Under the pieces are notes generated by a model that searched no databases, was not told the origin of the DNA, and worked only from the letters and a program-made list of their open reading frames with translations. Below are positions 29,271 through 39,456 of a stretch of DNA of 64,000 bases, one piece after another (within the stretch, counting starts at the first letter, position 1; each line of letters starts with the position of its first letter). The DNA comes from an uncultured Chloroflexia bacterium (GTDB taxonomy: Bacteria; Chloroflexota; Limnocylindria; Limnocylindrales; CSP1-4). The position numbers were made by a program, and so were the translations under genes. Where the stretch lies: the NCBI GenBank assembly GCA_963746845.1, contig CAVVCZ010000004.1, positions 896,001 through 960,000 of the forward strand. The letters are read 5' to 3'.

Positions 29271-30602
29271 TCAAGCGGTCCGGGCCACCGTGGCGCGGCG
29301 TCGGGCGCTCCCCTCGCGCTCGAGGATCCGGATCACGGCTGCCGCGACCTTCCGGGAGTCGTGCCGCTGAGCGGCCGTCGTGTCCACGACGTCGTCGAGC
29401 ACCAGCGTCGGCGGCGTCACGACGTCGGGCGGCCAGCGCAGCCCGACCGGCTCGGACGGCGGCCGGAGACCGGCCGGCAGGAGCCGGTTGTTCGCGAGCA
29501 CGACGTCGACGATCTCGGGCCCGGTGTGCGCGTACAGGGCGCTCACGTGGTCGGCGAGGTCCATGCCGGTCGTCTCGCCGACCTGTGTCGCGACGTTGCA
29601 GACGAACACGCGGAGCGCGGAGGTTGTGACGATCGCGTCCTGGATCTGGGGCAGGAGAAGGCTCGGCAGGAGGCTCGTGTAGAGGCTGCCCGGCCCGATG
29701 ACGATCAGCTCCGCGTCGGCGATCGCGGCCAGGGCGTCCTCACTTGCCGGGATGTCATCCGGGGTGATCCACGCCTGGTCGATCCCGACGGACTTCGTCA
29801 CGACGGACTGGCCGTCGCGGACGGTCCCATCGTGGAGCCGGGCGTGCATCGTCAACGGGACCGCCGCCGCCGGCAGCACCTGGCCGCGGATCGCCAGGAC
29901 CCGGTTGGCGAGACGGACGGCCTCCTCGAAGTCGCCGTCCTGGACCTGGGTCATCGCGGCGAGGAGGATGTTGCCGAGCGGGTGGCCGCCCAGCGGGCCG
30001 CCGGCCTCGGGGCCTTCGTCGGTCGGGGAACCGGTGAACCGATGCTCGAGCACCTCGCCGACGAGCGTCTCGTCGTCGGCCAGGGCCGCGAGGCATCGGC
30101 GAATGTCGCCGACGGGCGGGATCGACAGCTCCTCGCGCAGCACCCCGGACGATCCACCGTCGTCGGCCACCGCCACGATCGCGGTCAGGTTGCTCGTGTG
30201 CTCCTTCAGACCGCGCAGGAGGGTCGACTGGCCCGTCCCGCCGCCCAGCACCACGATCCGCGGCCCGCGGGCGAGCGACCTCTTCTGGTAGATCAGCTCG
30301 ACGAGCCGGCCGCTCTCGGACGGCCTGAACGGGTCGGTCAACGCCCGGAGCGTGCGGTAGGCGCCGTAGCCGATGAGCGCGACCCCGACGAGCAGCACGA
30401 CGAGACCACGCAGCGGGTACGGCAGGAACTGGAGGGTGGCGACATCGAGGATCGTCCCCGCGATGCCCCCGGGCTCGAGGTCCTGCGTGACCTGGCGGAT
30501 GACGTGGGCAACACCGAGCGCCAGCACGAAGCACCCGACGAACGTCAGGAGCAGCCAGCGCTTGACGCCGATGCCGGGGGTCAGCCAGCGGCGCAGGTTC
30601 AT
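29271..30602 (-). CDS. yvcK: YvcK/GlmR family UDP-GlcNAc-binding protein with N-terminal TMs
   Basis: GGGTG, ADDGGSSG, GHPLGN, GPGSLYTS, NVATQVGET. Confidence 0.93.
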   Translation of the reverse strand: MNLRRWLTPGIGVKRWLLLTFVGCFVLALGVAHVIRQVTQDLEPGGIAGTILDVATLQFLPYPLRGLVVLLVGVALIGYGAYRTLRALTDPFRPSESGRLVELIYQKRSLARGPRIVVLGGGTGQSTLLRGLKEHTSNLTAIVAVADDGGSSGVLREELSIPPVGDIRRCLAALADDETLVGEVLEHRFTGSPTDEGPEAGGPLGGHPLGNILLAAMTQVQDGDFEEAVRLANRVLAIRGQVLPAAAVPLTMHARLHDGTVRDGQSVVTKSVGIDQAWITPDDIPASEDALAAIADAELIVIGPGSLYTSLLPSLLLPQIQDAIVTTSALRVFVCNVATQVGETTGMDLADHVSALYAHTGPEIVDVVLANNRLLPAGLRPPSEPVGLRWPPDVVTPPTLVLDDVVDTTAAQRHDSRKVAAAVIRILEREGSARRRATVARTA

Positions 30603-31507
30603 GCGCGATCCAGCTCGCGATGGAACACGGAGACCGGTCCGAAGTCCTGCTCGCGGAGCCAGTCCGCCAGCTCCTCGGCGAGGGCGATGGAGCGGTGGTA
30701 GCCGCCCGTGCAGCCGAGGGCGATCGTCAGGCGGGTCTTGCCCTCACCGACGTACGCGGGCAGGGCGAAGCCGAGGAAGTCGTGGAGGTAGCGCAGGAAC
30801 TCCCGGGCGACCGGCTGCGCGAGGACGAACGAGCGGACCGCATCCGTCAGGCCGGACAGCTGGCGGAGCTCCGGGATGTAGTACGGGTTCTGCATGAAGC
30901 GCACGTCGAACACCAGGTCGGCCTCGAGCGGGACGCCGTACTTGAACCCGAAGCTGATCAGCTGGATCGCGAGGCGGTCCGGGTCCGCGGTCTCGCCGAG
31001 CCGGTTGAAGATCCGCTCCCGGAGCTCGCGCAGCGACAGGTCGCTCGTGTCGATGACGACGTCCGCCTCGCTTCGGACGGGATCGAGGAGGCGGCGCTCC
31101 GCGGCGATCGAGCTGGCGATGCCCCGCTGGTCGGACAGCGGGTGGCGGTGACGGGTCTCGGAGAAGCGGCGGATCAGGACCTCGTCACGCGCCTCGAGGA
31201 AGAACACCTGTGGCCGGATGCTCCGCCCCTCGAGGGCGCCCCGCATCGCCCCGAACGCCATCGGCGCGTCGCCCGAGCGCACGTCGAGGACGATCGCGAC
31301 CTTGTCGAACCGGTCCGGCTCGTCGGACACGAGCTCGGCCAGCTCGATGAGCAGCTCGCCGGGCAGGTTGTCGACGACGGTGTAGCCGAGGTCCTCGAAC
31401 AGCTTCGCCGCGGCCGTCTTGCCGCCACCGGACAGCCCGCTGAGGATCACGACGTGCTGGCCGCCCGTCACCCTCGGGGTCTCATGGTCGGCGTCGACGT
31501 CGGTCAT
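30599..31507 (-). CDS. rapZ: RNase adapter RapZ (YvcJ)
   Basis: SGLSGGGKT, VDNLP, RFSETRHRHP, SFGFKYG, GCTGGYHRS. Confidence 0.95.
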   Translation of the reverse strand: MTDVDADHETPRVTGGQHVVILSGLSGGGKTAAAKLFEDLGYTVVDNLPGELLIELAELVSDEPDRFDKVAIVLDVRSGDAPMAFGAMRGALEGRSIRPQVFFLEARDEVLIRRFSETRHRHPLSDQRGIASSIAAERRLLDPVRSEADVVIDTSDLSLRELRERIFNRLGETADPDRLAIQLISFGFKYGVPLEADLVFDVRFMQNPYYIPELRQLSGLTDAVRSFVLAQPVAREFLRYLHDFLGFALPAYVGEGKTRLTIALGCTGGYHRSIALAEELADWLREQDFGPVSVFHRELDRA

Positions 31508-32271
31508 CGGCCGCTGCGCCGGATCGCCACGACCGTCAGCTCGAACAGGATGTACATCGTGATGCCGAGGACCGTCGGGCTGACGAGGTCGCCGCCCGGC
31601 GTCGCCACCGCGGCGAAGATCGCGATCCCGAGGATGATCATCCGGCGCGAGGCCTGGAGCCGGGCCGACGTCACGATCCCCACCCGCGACAGGGCGTACA
31701 GGACGATCGGGAACTCCATCAGCAGCCCGAAGACGAGGAACATCGTCGTGACGAAGTCGAAGTAGGGCGGCGCCGCAAGCGTCGCCACGAGGGTCTCGTC
31801 CGTGAACGCCAGCAGGAACTGGATGGCGAACGGCAGGATGACCCACGCGACCCCGACACCGAGCGCGAAGAAGAACAGGGCGAGCGGGATCCACGGCCGG
31901 AGGGTCCGCTTCTCGGAGGGTGTGAGACCGGGCGCGACGAACGCCCAGAGCTGGTAGAGCAGCACCGGCATCGCGAGGATGATTCCGGTCGCGATCGCGA
32001 TCCGGAGCGTGATCGCGAACGCGTCGCCCGGTCCGAGCACGATGAGGGTCTGCTTGCCTTCCGGGAGCGGCTGGACGAGCCAATGCCGGATCGTCGGGGC
32101 GAGGGCGAACCCGATCGCCGATCCGGCGACGATCGCCAGCACACAGCGGATCAGGCGGGTCCGGAGCTCGCTGAGGTGATCGACGAGCGTCATCACGCCG
32201 CCGGCCTCGGACGGAGCGGCGCTCGGGCTCGCCGGGACCCCGGCCCCGCGGACGGCGTCGGCGTCGGCCAT
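31504..32271 (-). CDS. tatC: Twin-arginine translocase TatC
   Basis: MTLVDHLSELRTRL, YQLWAFVAPGL, ATPGGD. Confidence 0.96.
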   Translation of the reverse strand: MADADAVRGAGVPASPSAAPSEAGGVMTLVDHLSELRTRLIRCVLAIVAGSAIGFALAPTIRHWLVQPLPEGKQTLIVLGPGDAFAITLRIAIATGIILAMPVLLYQLWAFVAPGLTPSEKRTLRPWIPLALFFFALGVGVAWVILPFAIQFLLAFTDETLVATLAAPPYFDFVTTMFLVFGLLMEFPIVLYALSRVGIVTSARLQASRRMIILGIAIFAAVATPGGDLVSPTVLGITMYILFELTVVAIRRSGR

Positions 32272-32293
32272 CAGCGGTCAGCCGGGCGCGAAG

Positions 32294-32632
32294 TCAGGCG
32301 GGCGGGGCGGCCGCGTCGTCGCCGCTCGTCGGCGGGACGGCGACCGGTGCCGGGGCCGGCGGGGCGGCCAGCGTGTTCGGAGTGGTCGCCTCCGCCAGGG
32401 TGTTCGGGGCCACCGGGGCGTCAGGAGCCCCCGCGCCGGGGACGGGTGCGGCCGGAGCGGTCTGCGGACCGGCGTCGACGCGCGCCGCGTCCGTGATGTC
32501 CTGGGAGGCCTTGCGGAACTCGCGAATGCTCTTGCCGAGGGCGGCGCCGACGTCGGGCAGGCGTCCGGGGCCGATCACGATGAGGGCGATCACGAGGATG
32601 ATGATGAGCTCGACGGGCCCGATGTTCGGCAT
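32294..32632 (-). CDS. tatA: Twin-arginine translocase TatA/TatB family subunit
   Basis: IGPVELIIILVIALIVIGPGRLPDVGAALGKSIREFRKA. Confidence 0.9.
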   Translation of the reverse strand: MPNIGPVELIIILVIALIVIGPGRLPDVGAALGKSIREFRKASQDITDAARVDAGPQTAPAAPVPGAGAPDAPVAPNTLAEATTPNTLAAPPAPAPVAVPPTSGDDAAAPPA

Positions 32633-32693
32633 GGGATCTGGGTTCGACCTCGTGGGTGGCGTCCAGACGACGCCGGGCCGGCTGACGCGCTGG

Positions 32694-33563
32694 CTAGGGT
32701 AGCACGGGCAGTCGCGCGGCCCACTCGCGGGCGGCCGCTGCGAGGGCTGCGCCAAGGTCCGTCGGGGCACCGCTCCCCACGCTCGTACCCACTCCTGCGA
32801 TCCCGCGGGACACGTTGACGAGCAGCCCGCCGCCGGGTCGCCCACCGGCCGGCGCCGTTGTAGCCGGGCCGTCGCGCAGGACCGCGTCCTCGTCGCCGCC
32901 CTGGGCCCCGACGCCGGGGACGAGGAACCCGAGCCCGGGGGCGATGGCGCGGATCTCGGCGAGCTCGCGCGGCGCCGTCGCGCCGACCACCAGACCGACC
33001 GTGCCGCCCGGCCCCCACCCCGTGACGCGCCGCGCGACGCGGGCATGGAGCGGCTCCCGTGGGTGGCCCGTGGCCGGGTCCGCTTCGACGACCAGTCCCT
33101 GCACCTCCGCGGCACCCGGGTTGGACGTCCGGCACAGGACGTAGGCGAAGCGATCCGTGCGGGCGAGGAGCGGTGCGATCGCCTCCTCCCCGAGGTACGG
33201 GTTGACGGTGACCGCGTCCGCGCCGAGGACATCGAACAGGGCGACGGCCTGGCGTGCTGCGGTGCTGCCGATGTCGCCGCGCTTCGCGTCCATCACGACC
33301 GGCAGGTCGGACGGGAGACGCGCTCTCAGACGCTCCAGGGCGGCCAGACCGGGCCCGCCGAAGGCCTCGAAGAACGCGACGTTCGGCTTGACGGCCGCGG
33401 CGACCGGGACGGCGGCGTCCAGGAGCAGCTCCGCGAACGCGGTGACGCCGCCGAGGTCCGGCGGGAACCCTTCCGGGAGCGCCGCGGGATCCGGGTCCAG
33501 CCCGACGCACAGCACGGTCCCGGTCGCTGCCGACCGGGCCGCGAGTCGCTCGAGGAACGTCAC
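32694..33563 (-). CDS. pyrF: Orotidine-5'-phosphate decarboxylase (type 2)
   Basis: LCVGLDP, KPN.AFFE, DAKRGDIGST, TSNPG, PGVGAQGG. Confidence 0.96.
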   Translation of the reverse strand: MTFLERLAARSAATGTVLCVGLDPDPAALPEGFPPDLGGVTAFAELLLDAAVPVAAAVKPNVAFFEAFGGPGLAALERLRARLPSDLPVVMDAKRGDIGSTAARQAVALFDVLGADAVTVNPYLGEEAIAPLLARTDRFAYVLCRTSNPGAAEVQGLVVEADPATGHPREPLHARVARRVTGWGPGGTVGLVVGATAPRELAEIRAIAPGLGFLVPGVGAQGGDEDAVLRDGPATTAPAGGRPGGGLLVNVSRGIAGVGTSVGSGAPTDLGAALAAAAREWAARLPVLP

Positions 33564-34816
33564 GGAGCGGACGAGGCGGGAGTCGAGGCGTCGCCGGACG
33601 GGGCGCCGCTCGCCGGCGCGGCACTGCCCGTCGAATCGGGGCCGCCCGAGGGCGCCGGCAGGTCCGCCGCGGGCGTGAACCAGCTCGGCCGGGATGCGCC
33701 GTCGAGCCCGGAGACCTTCGTCAGGTCGAGCGTCTTGCTGATGGACCAGCTCCCGTCGGACTGGTCGAGGTTCGCGAGCTTCAGGTCGACGATCGTGCCG
33801 GCGAGGTGCAGGAACGCGACGCCGTCGCCGCTGGGCGACCAGACCGGCGAGAAGGAGTGGTGGTCGTTCGTGACCTTCAGGACCTCCTTGCCGGAGCCGT
33901 CGAGGATCACGACGTCGGTCCCGAACGAGTCGGTCTTCGTCGCGGCCACGTACCGGCCGTCCGGCGAGAACGCGGGCGCGAGGTAGCCGGCGCCGGTGAA
34001 CGGCGACGTCTTCTTCGTGGCCGGGTCGTACTTGTACAGCTGGGGGGCACCGCGCGGGCCATCCCGGCCGTTCCGGACGTAGAGCATGACCTTGCCGTCA
34101 GGGCGCCAGGCCGGGTCCTGGTGCCCGAGCTGGCCCGACTCGGGCAGGTTCAGCGAGGTCAGCTTCCGCGTCGTGAGGTCGAACCGTTTGAGCACGACGT
34201 CGCTCTGGAGCGGGTTCGGGCCGTCGGAGACCACCATCACGCCCTTGCCGTCCGGCGTGGGCGTCGGCTCGCGCATCCAGTAGAACCAGGTCGAGCTGCC
34301 GCTCTGATAGCGACCGGTCAGGAGCCGCTGGGCGCCCGAGCCGTCCGGCTTGACGCGCATCAGCACCGGCGTCTCCAGGTCGTACCACGTGCGCTGGCCG
34401 CCGCCATTCGCCGGGAACCTGCCGCGACCCTCGTCGATGCGGATGAAGTAGACCCACTGGCCGTCGTCCGAGAACGCCGGCATCGAATCCGTGCCGCCGT
34501 TCGTCAGCTGGTGGACGTCCGTCGCGGTCTGGATCCAGATGTTGCCCGCCTTGGCGTACACGATCTGGCCGTGGAAGGCGACGTCCGGCTCGATGATCAC
34601 GACGTTCGACGGCGCCGGAGTGATCACGGGGCCGTTGCCCTGGTCGTTGCCGTTGTCCGTCGTCGCCTTCACGAACGGGAGGTCGCCGTTCAACAGCCCG
34701 ACCGTGAAGACCGTGATCAGCACGAGGCCGACCACCGCGATCGCCGGACCGATATAGCTCGTGACCGGTCCGATCCCGTACGGGTCGCGGGTCGATCGCT
34801 TCGGTCCGCCGCTCAT
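33560..34816 (-). CDS. Membrane-anchored TolB-like beta-propeller (PD40 repeats)
   Basis: One N-terminal TM; PAFSDDG, PAWRPDG, PAFSPDG, PVWSPSG repeats. Confidence 0.8.
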   Translation of the reverse strand: MSGGPKRSTRDPYGIGPVTSYIGPAIAVVGLVLITVFTVGLLNGDLPFVKATTDNGNDQGNGPVITPAPSNVVIIEPDVAFHGQIVYAKAGNIWIQTATDVHQLTNGGTDSMPAFSDDGQWVYFIRIDEGRGRFPANGGGQRTWYDLETPVLMRVKPDGSGAQRLLTGRYQSGSSTWFYWMREPTPTPDGKGVMVVSDGPNPLQSDVVLKRFDLTTRKLTSLNLPESGQLGHQDPAWRPDGKVMLYVRNGRDGPRGAPQLYKYDPATKKTSPFTGAGYLAPAFSPDGRYVAATKTDSFGTDVVILDGSGKEVLKVTNDHHSFSPVWSPSGDGVAFLHLAGTIVDLKLANLDQSDGSWSISKTLDLTKVSGLDGASRPSWFTPAADLPAPSGGPDSTGSAAPASGAPSGDASTPASSAP

Positions 34817-36621
34817 GGGGACACCCCTGCCGGGGGCGTCACCGGAACCGGCTCCGGCAACCCGGCGTCCGTCGTCGATCCGGGTCGTTGCAGGCCGGCC
34901 GAGGCGACGTCGCGGATCTCGAGCTGGAGCGACTCGTAGCCTCCGAACGTCCGGGTCACGAGACGGGCGGCGACGTCCACGACATCGCCTTCGTGGACGG
35001 TGTCGGCCAGGTCCGAGCGCCCGAACGCGATCCCGTCCAGGACGTCGAGGCGGCGGCGAAGGGTGAGCTGGCTGTGGCCGCCGGTGGCGGCCCGGACGCG
35101 CGTCACGGTCAGGCTTTCGACGAGCAGGAGCGGCTCGGTGTTGCCGACGCCGCACGGCGCCAGCCGGGCGAGGTCGCGCTGGAGGGCGTAGTCGACGTCG
35201 AGCGCGCCGAGGACGAGGTCCACCTGGAGCGGACGACGCGGATCGGGTGGGGCGGCTTCGGCGGCGAGGGCGCCGAACGTCGTCACGAACTCCGGCCAGC
35301 GATCCGCGGCGATCTCGAAGCCGGCGGCGCCGGCGTGGCCGCCGTGCCGGAGGAACAGGCCCGAGCAGGCCTCGAGGGTCGCCCCGAGGTCGAGCCGGCC
35401 GTCGCTCCGGCACGAGGCGCGGACGACATCACCGAGGTCCGCGCCGACAACCGCGGGACGACCGTGATCCTCGACGAGCTTCGAGGCGACGAGCCCGACG
35501 ATCCCGACCGGCCACGGCCCATGGACGATCGTGGCCGCCGCGCCCACGCCCGCGGTCGTGCCGGTGAGCCCCTCGGCGATCATCGACGCGATCGAGGCCC
35601 GGGCCTCCGTCATCGCCTGGCTCGTGAGGTCGCGCCGGGTCTTGTTGGCGGCCTCGAGCTCTGCCGCGAGCCGATCGGCTTCGGCGCGGTCGTCGGTCAG
35701 CAGGAGCGCCGCGGCGGACTCGGTCTCGCCGATCCGGCCCGCGGCGTTGATCCGTGGCGCGACCCCGAACGAGAGGTCCTCGACGTCGACCGTCGCCGGC
35801 GTCATCGAGGCGGCGGCCAGCAGGGCCGCGATCCCGGGCCGAGGACGGCGCGCGATCGCCGCCAGCCCGAGCCGGACGATCGCGCGGGTCTCGCCGAGGA
35901 TCGGCACGAGGTCCGCGATGGAGCCGATCGTCGCCAGGTCCGCCAGCTCCAGCGCCGCCTCCGGTCCACCCGGCTCGCCGGCGAGCAGCAGCTGGGCCAG
36001 CTTGAACGCCACCCCGCTGCCGGCCAGCCGCCGTTCGGGGTATCCGCTGTCGGACCGCTGGGGGTTGACGAGCGCGAGGGCCGGCGGGGGCTGGGGCGGG
36101 ACGCGATGGTGATCCGTGACGAGGACGTCGATCCCCGAAGCGGCCGCCTCGGCGATCTCCGGGAGGCTGGTGGATCCGCAGTCGACGGTGACGATCACGC
36201 CCACCCCGCCCTCGACCGCGGCCGCGACCGCCTTGCGCGACAGGCCGTGACCCTCGTCGAGACGGCTCGGGACGTACGGGATCGCGTCGATGCCGAGGAG
36301 CCGGAGCGCCCGGACGAGGATCGCGAGGCCGGTCAGCCCGTCGGCATCGAAGTCGCCGAACACCATGACGCGCTCGCTCGCGCTCCGGGCACGCATGATC
36401 CGGTCGCGGAAGACGGTCGCGTCGGGCAGGAGGCTCGGGTCGTGGAGCCCGTCCAGCGGGTCGGCGAAGAAGGCGTCGAGCTCCGCCGTGGTCGCGATGC
36501 CGCGGCTCGCCAGCAGCCCGGTCGTCCGTGCGCCGAGACCGTGCCGCGAACCTGCCGCCAGCAGCGCCTCGGTCGGCTGGACGCGTTCGGCCAGCCGCCA
36601 GGCGAAGCGGGGTTCGATCAC
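34813..36621 (-). CDS. recJ: Single-stranded DNA exonuclease RecJ
   Basis: GDFDADG, TVDCG, TDHH, PRINAAGR, GGHAGAAG. Confidence 0.95.
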   Translation of the reverse strand: MIEPRFAWRLAERVQPTEALLAAGSRHGLGARTTGLLASRGIATTAELDAFFADPLDGLHDPSLLPDATVFRDRIMRARSASERVMVFGDFDADGLTGLAILVRALRLLGIDAIPYVPSRLDEGHGLSRKAVAAAVEGGVGVIVTVDCGSTSLPEIAEAAASGIDVLVTDHHRVPPQPPPALALVNPQRSDSGYPERRLAGSGVAFKLAQLLLAGEPGGPEAALELADLATIGSIADLVPILGETRAIVRLGLAAIARRPRPGIAALLAAASMTPATVDVEDLSFGVAPRINAAGRIGETESAAALLLTDDRAEADRLAAELEAANKTRRDLTSQAMTEARASIASMIAEGLTGTTAGVGAAATIVHGPWPVGIVGLVASKLVEDHGRPAVVGADLGDVVRASCRSDGRLDLGATLEACSGLFLRHGGHAGAAGFEIAADRWPEFVTTFGALAAEAAPPDPRRPLQVDLVLGALDVDYALQRDLARLAPCGVGNTEPLLLVESLTVTRVRAATGGHSQLTLRRRLDVLDGIAFGRSDLADTVHEGDVVDVAARLVTRTFGGYESLQLEIRDVASAGLQRPGSTTDAGLPEPVPVTPPAGVSP

Positions 36622-36719
36622 GCCGTCAGGATGCCACGCGACGCTCACCGCCGGGTTCTCTCCGGATGCACGCGCGCTCCACCGCGGGTGCTCCGGACGG
36701 TCCCGGCCGGCACGATGGG

Positions 36720-38000
36720 TCAGGACGCCGCGCGGCGGGTTCGCGGAGCGCGCGACGAGCCGGTCCGGCCAAGGCGCTTCGCCTCCCAGTTGTGCCAGAC
36801 GACCAGGAGGGGCGCGGCGTTGAAGATCGACGAGTACGTCCCCGAGATGATCCCGATCAGCAGGGCGAGGACGAAGTTCCGGATCGCGCTGCCGCCGAAC
36901 AGGTACAGGGCCAGCAGGGTCAGGACGACCGTGAAGCTCGTCATGATCGAGCGGGCGAACGTCTGCAGGATCGAGTGGTTGACGATCTCCTCGAACGGCT
37001 CGCCGGCATGGCGGGCGCGGTTCTCGCGGATCCGGTCGAAGACGACGATCGTGTCATGGACGCTGAAGCCGATGACGGTCAGCATCGCCGTCACGAACAG
37101 GGCGTCGATCTCGACGCGGAAGAACGTCCCGAGGATCGCGAACGTCCCGACGACGACGATCACGTCGTGGACGAGGGCGACCAGCGCGGTCACGCCGAAC
37201 TTCACGTCCTGGAACCGGTAGGTGATCCAGAGCAGGATCCCGAGCGAGCCGACCATGATCAGGATCAGTGCCTGACGGATCAGGTCCGACGAGACCACCG
37301 GGCCGATCGTCGTCAAGGAGGCCTGCTCCGCGATCGGGCCGAGGGCGGCCTCGAGGGCCTTGACCATCTCGCCGCCCTTGCCGTCGGTCGGGAGCTCCGT
37401 GTTGCCGGTGCCGGTCGACGGTGACGCCGACGGGGAGGCCGACGCGCCCGGAGACCCGCTCGGCGCCGGGGAGCCGCTCGGGCTCGCCGAGGGACTGGGG
37501 GTCGGGCTGGTGCTCGGTGCCGGCGAGGCGGACGGGACCGGCGACCCGGACGCGGCCGGGGCTCCGGAGCCCGAGGCGGCCGGCGCCGAGGCAGACACGG
37601 ACGGCGCCGCCGAGGGCGAGCCGGACGTCGCCGCCGAGGGCGAGCCGGACGGCGGGCCCGAGGCACTCGGTGTCGGGGCGAGCGTCGGGACGGGCGTCGG
37701 CGACGGAGCGGGCGGACGGAGGCCGATGGGGTCGGTCTTGATGTCCATGAACCCGTCGCCCTGCTTGACGACGATCGCCTGGAGATCGTTCTCCTTGAAG
37801 ACCGCGGCCACCTGGTCGGCGGTGACGTTCGGATCCGCGAACCGGATCTGCCAGGTCGTGCCGCCGGTGTAGTCGATCGTGAACTGCAGGCCGGCCTGGC
37901 CGTTCGAGAAGAACGTCAGGAGGATGAAGAACAGGCCCGGGATCGTGATGATCGCGGAGAAGAGGAAGAACCACCGCCGCTTCCCGATGATGTCATACAC
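36720..38000 (-). CDS. secF: Protein translocase subunit SecF with long Pro/Ser/Ala insertion
   Basis: IDYTGGT, IGP, HDV, IGFSVHDTIVVFDRIRE, GTYSSIF. Confidence 0.95.
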   Translation of the reverse strand: MYDIIGKRRWFFLFSAIITIPGLFFILLTFFSNGQAGLQFTIDYTGGTTWQIRFADPNVTADQVAAVFKENDLQAIVVKQGDGFMDIKTDPIGLRPPAPSPTPVPTLAPTPSASGPPSGSPSAATSGSPSAAPSVSASAPAASGSGAPAASGSPVPSASPAPSTSPTPSPSASPSGSPAPSGSPGASASPSASPSTGTGNTELPTDGKGGEMVKALEAALGPIAEQASLTTIGPVVSSDLIRQALILIMVGSLGILLWITYRFQDVKFGVTALVALVHDVIVVVGTFAILGTFFRVEIDALFVTAMLTVIGFSVHDTIVVFDRIRENRARHAGEPFEEIVNHSILQTFARSIMTSFTVVLTLLALYLFGGSAIRNFVLALLIGIISGTYSSIFNAAPLLVVWHNWEAKRLGRTGSSRAPRTRRAAS

Positions 38001-39357
38001 GCGAGCGGGCCTCTCCTCTGAGGCGAGCGCGACCCGGCGGGAGACCGGCGGCGACGAACTCCTCTTCGCTGACGCCGTACAGGCTGGCCTTGCGCGACCA
38101 GCTCTGGGCGACGATCCAGCGGAGGATCGTCCTCGAGACGACGATGGCGCTGAACATCGACACGAGCACGCCGATGATCAGGACGAGGGCGAACCCGCGG
38201 ATCGTCGACGAGCCGAAGAGGTACAGGATCGTGGCGGTGATCAGGCTCGACACGTTCGAGTCGAGGATCGAGTTCCACGCCCGCCCGAAGCCGGCCTCGA
38301 CCGCGGCCGGCAGCGACTTGCCGACGCGCAGCTCCTCCTTCATCCGCTCGAAGATCAGGATGTTGGCGTCGACCGCCATGCCGATCGAGAGGACGAACCC
38401 GGCGATCCCGGCGAGGGTCAGTGTGACGGGGATCAGCCGGAAGATCGCCAGGACGACGAGCGTGTAGTAGATCAGGGCGAAGCTCGCGACGACGCCGAGG
38501 AGCCGGTAGTAGATCAGCATGAACATGATCACGAGCGCGATGCCCACCGCGCCGGCCAGCAGGCTCTGGCTGAAGAACTGCTCGCCGAGCGTCGCGCTGA
38601 TCGTCTGGGCCGACAGCTCGACGACCGGGAACGGCAGCGAGCCGAACTGGAGGACGGTGACGAGCTCCGTGGCCTCGGCGAGCGGATAGCCGCCGATGCT
38701 GTTGTCCTGGCTGATCTGGACGTTGCCGCCGGGGATCGCGCTGTTGATCACGGGCGCCGAGATGACCTTGCCGTCGAGCACGATCGCGAAGTAGTCGCCG
38801 ATGTGCGCGGCCGTGTAGTCCCCGAAGAGCTTGGCGCCCTCGTCCTTCAGGTTGAACGTGACGACACGCTTGCCGAGCTGGTCCGTGCCGATGGCCGCGC
38901 TCGCGAGCTGTTCCCCGGAGAACAGCGGCGGGAACTGGGTCTCGTCGACGGTGTCGCCCTTCTGCTTGGGCGTCTGGCCGAGCGGCACGAAGTCGAGTCG
39001 GCCGGTCTGGCCGACCAGGCGGCGGATGGCCTCCGGGTCCGAGACTCCGGGCAGCTCGATCACGATCCGGTCGCTGCCCTGGGTCGTCACGAGCGGCTCC
39101 GAGACGCCCGTCGCGTTGACCCGGTTCTCGATGATCTGGCGGATGACCTCGAGGTCCTCCGGCCGCGGGATCTTGTCGCCGACCTGCTGCGCCTGGTACT
39201 CGACGCGGAGTCCGCCCTGCAGGTCGAGACCGAGCTTCGTCTCGATCGGACGGTTCCCGGAATTGCTCGAATTGGGGAGCGTCAGTCCCGGGACGAAGTT
39301 CACGATGAGGGCGAGGACGCCGATGACGAGGATGAGAATCGGGCCGGCTTTGCGCAT
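37993..39357 (-). CDS. secD: Protein translocase subunit SecD
   Basis: LGLDLQGG, GVSEP, GSLP, IGMAVDANILIFERMKEE. Confidence 0.97.
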   Translation of the reverse strand: MRKAGPILILVIGVLALIVNFVPGLTLPNSSNSGNRPIETKLGLDLQGGLRVEYQAQQVGDKIPRPEDLEVIRQIIENRVNATGVSEPLVTTQGSDRIVIELPGVSDPEAIRRLVGQTGRLDFVPLGQTPKQKGDTVDETQFPPLFSGEQLASAAIGTDQLGKRVVTFNLKDEGAKLFGDYTAAHIGDYFAIVLDGKVISAPVINSAIPGGNVQISQDNSIGGYPLAEATELVTVLQFGSLPFPVVELSAQTISATLGEQFFSQSLLAGAVGIALVIMFMLIYYRLLGVVASFALIYYTLVVLAIFRLIPVTLTLAGIAGFVLSIGMAVDANILIFERMKEELRVGKSLPAAVEAGFGRAWNSILDSNVSSLITATILYLFGSSTIRGFALVLIIGVLVSMFSAIVVSRTILRWIVAQSWSRKASLYGVSEEEFVAAGLPPGRARLRGEARSRV

Positions 39358-39456
39358 CAGCGGCGGATGATACAGGACGGGTCCGCGAACCCGAGATGAA
39401 CTTTCCTTCGCGAGTTCACCACCATCGCCGGCCCCGCCGACCCTCGCGATCCCCGG

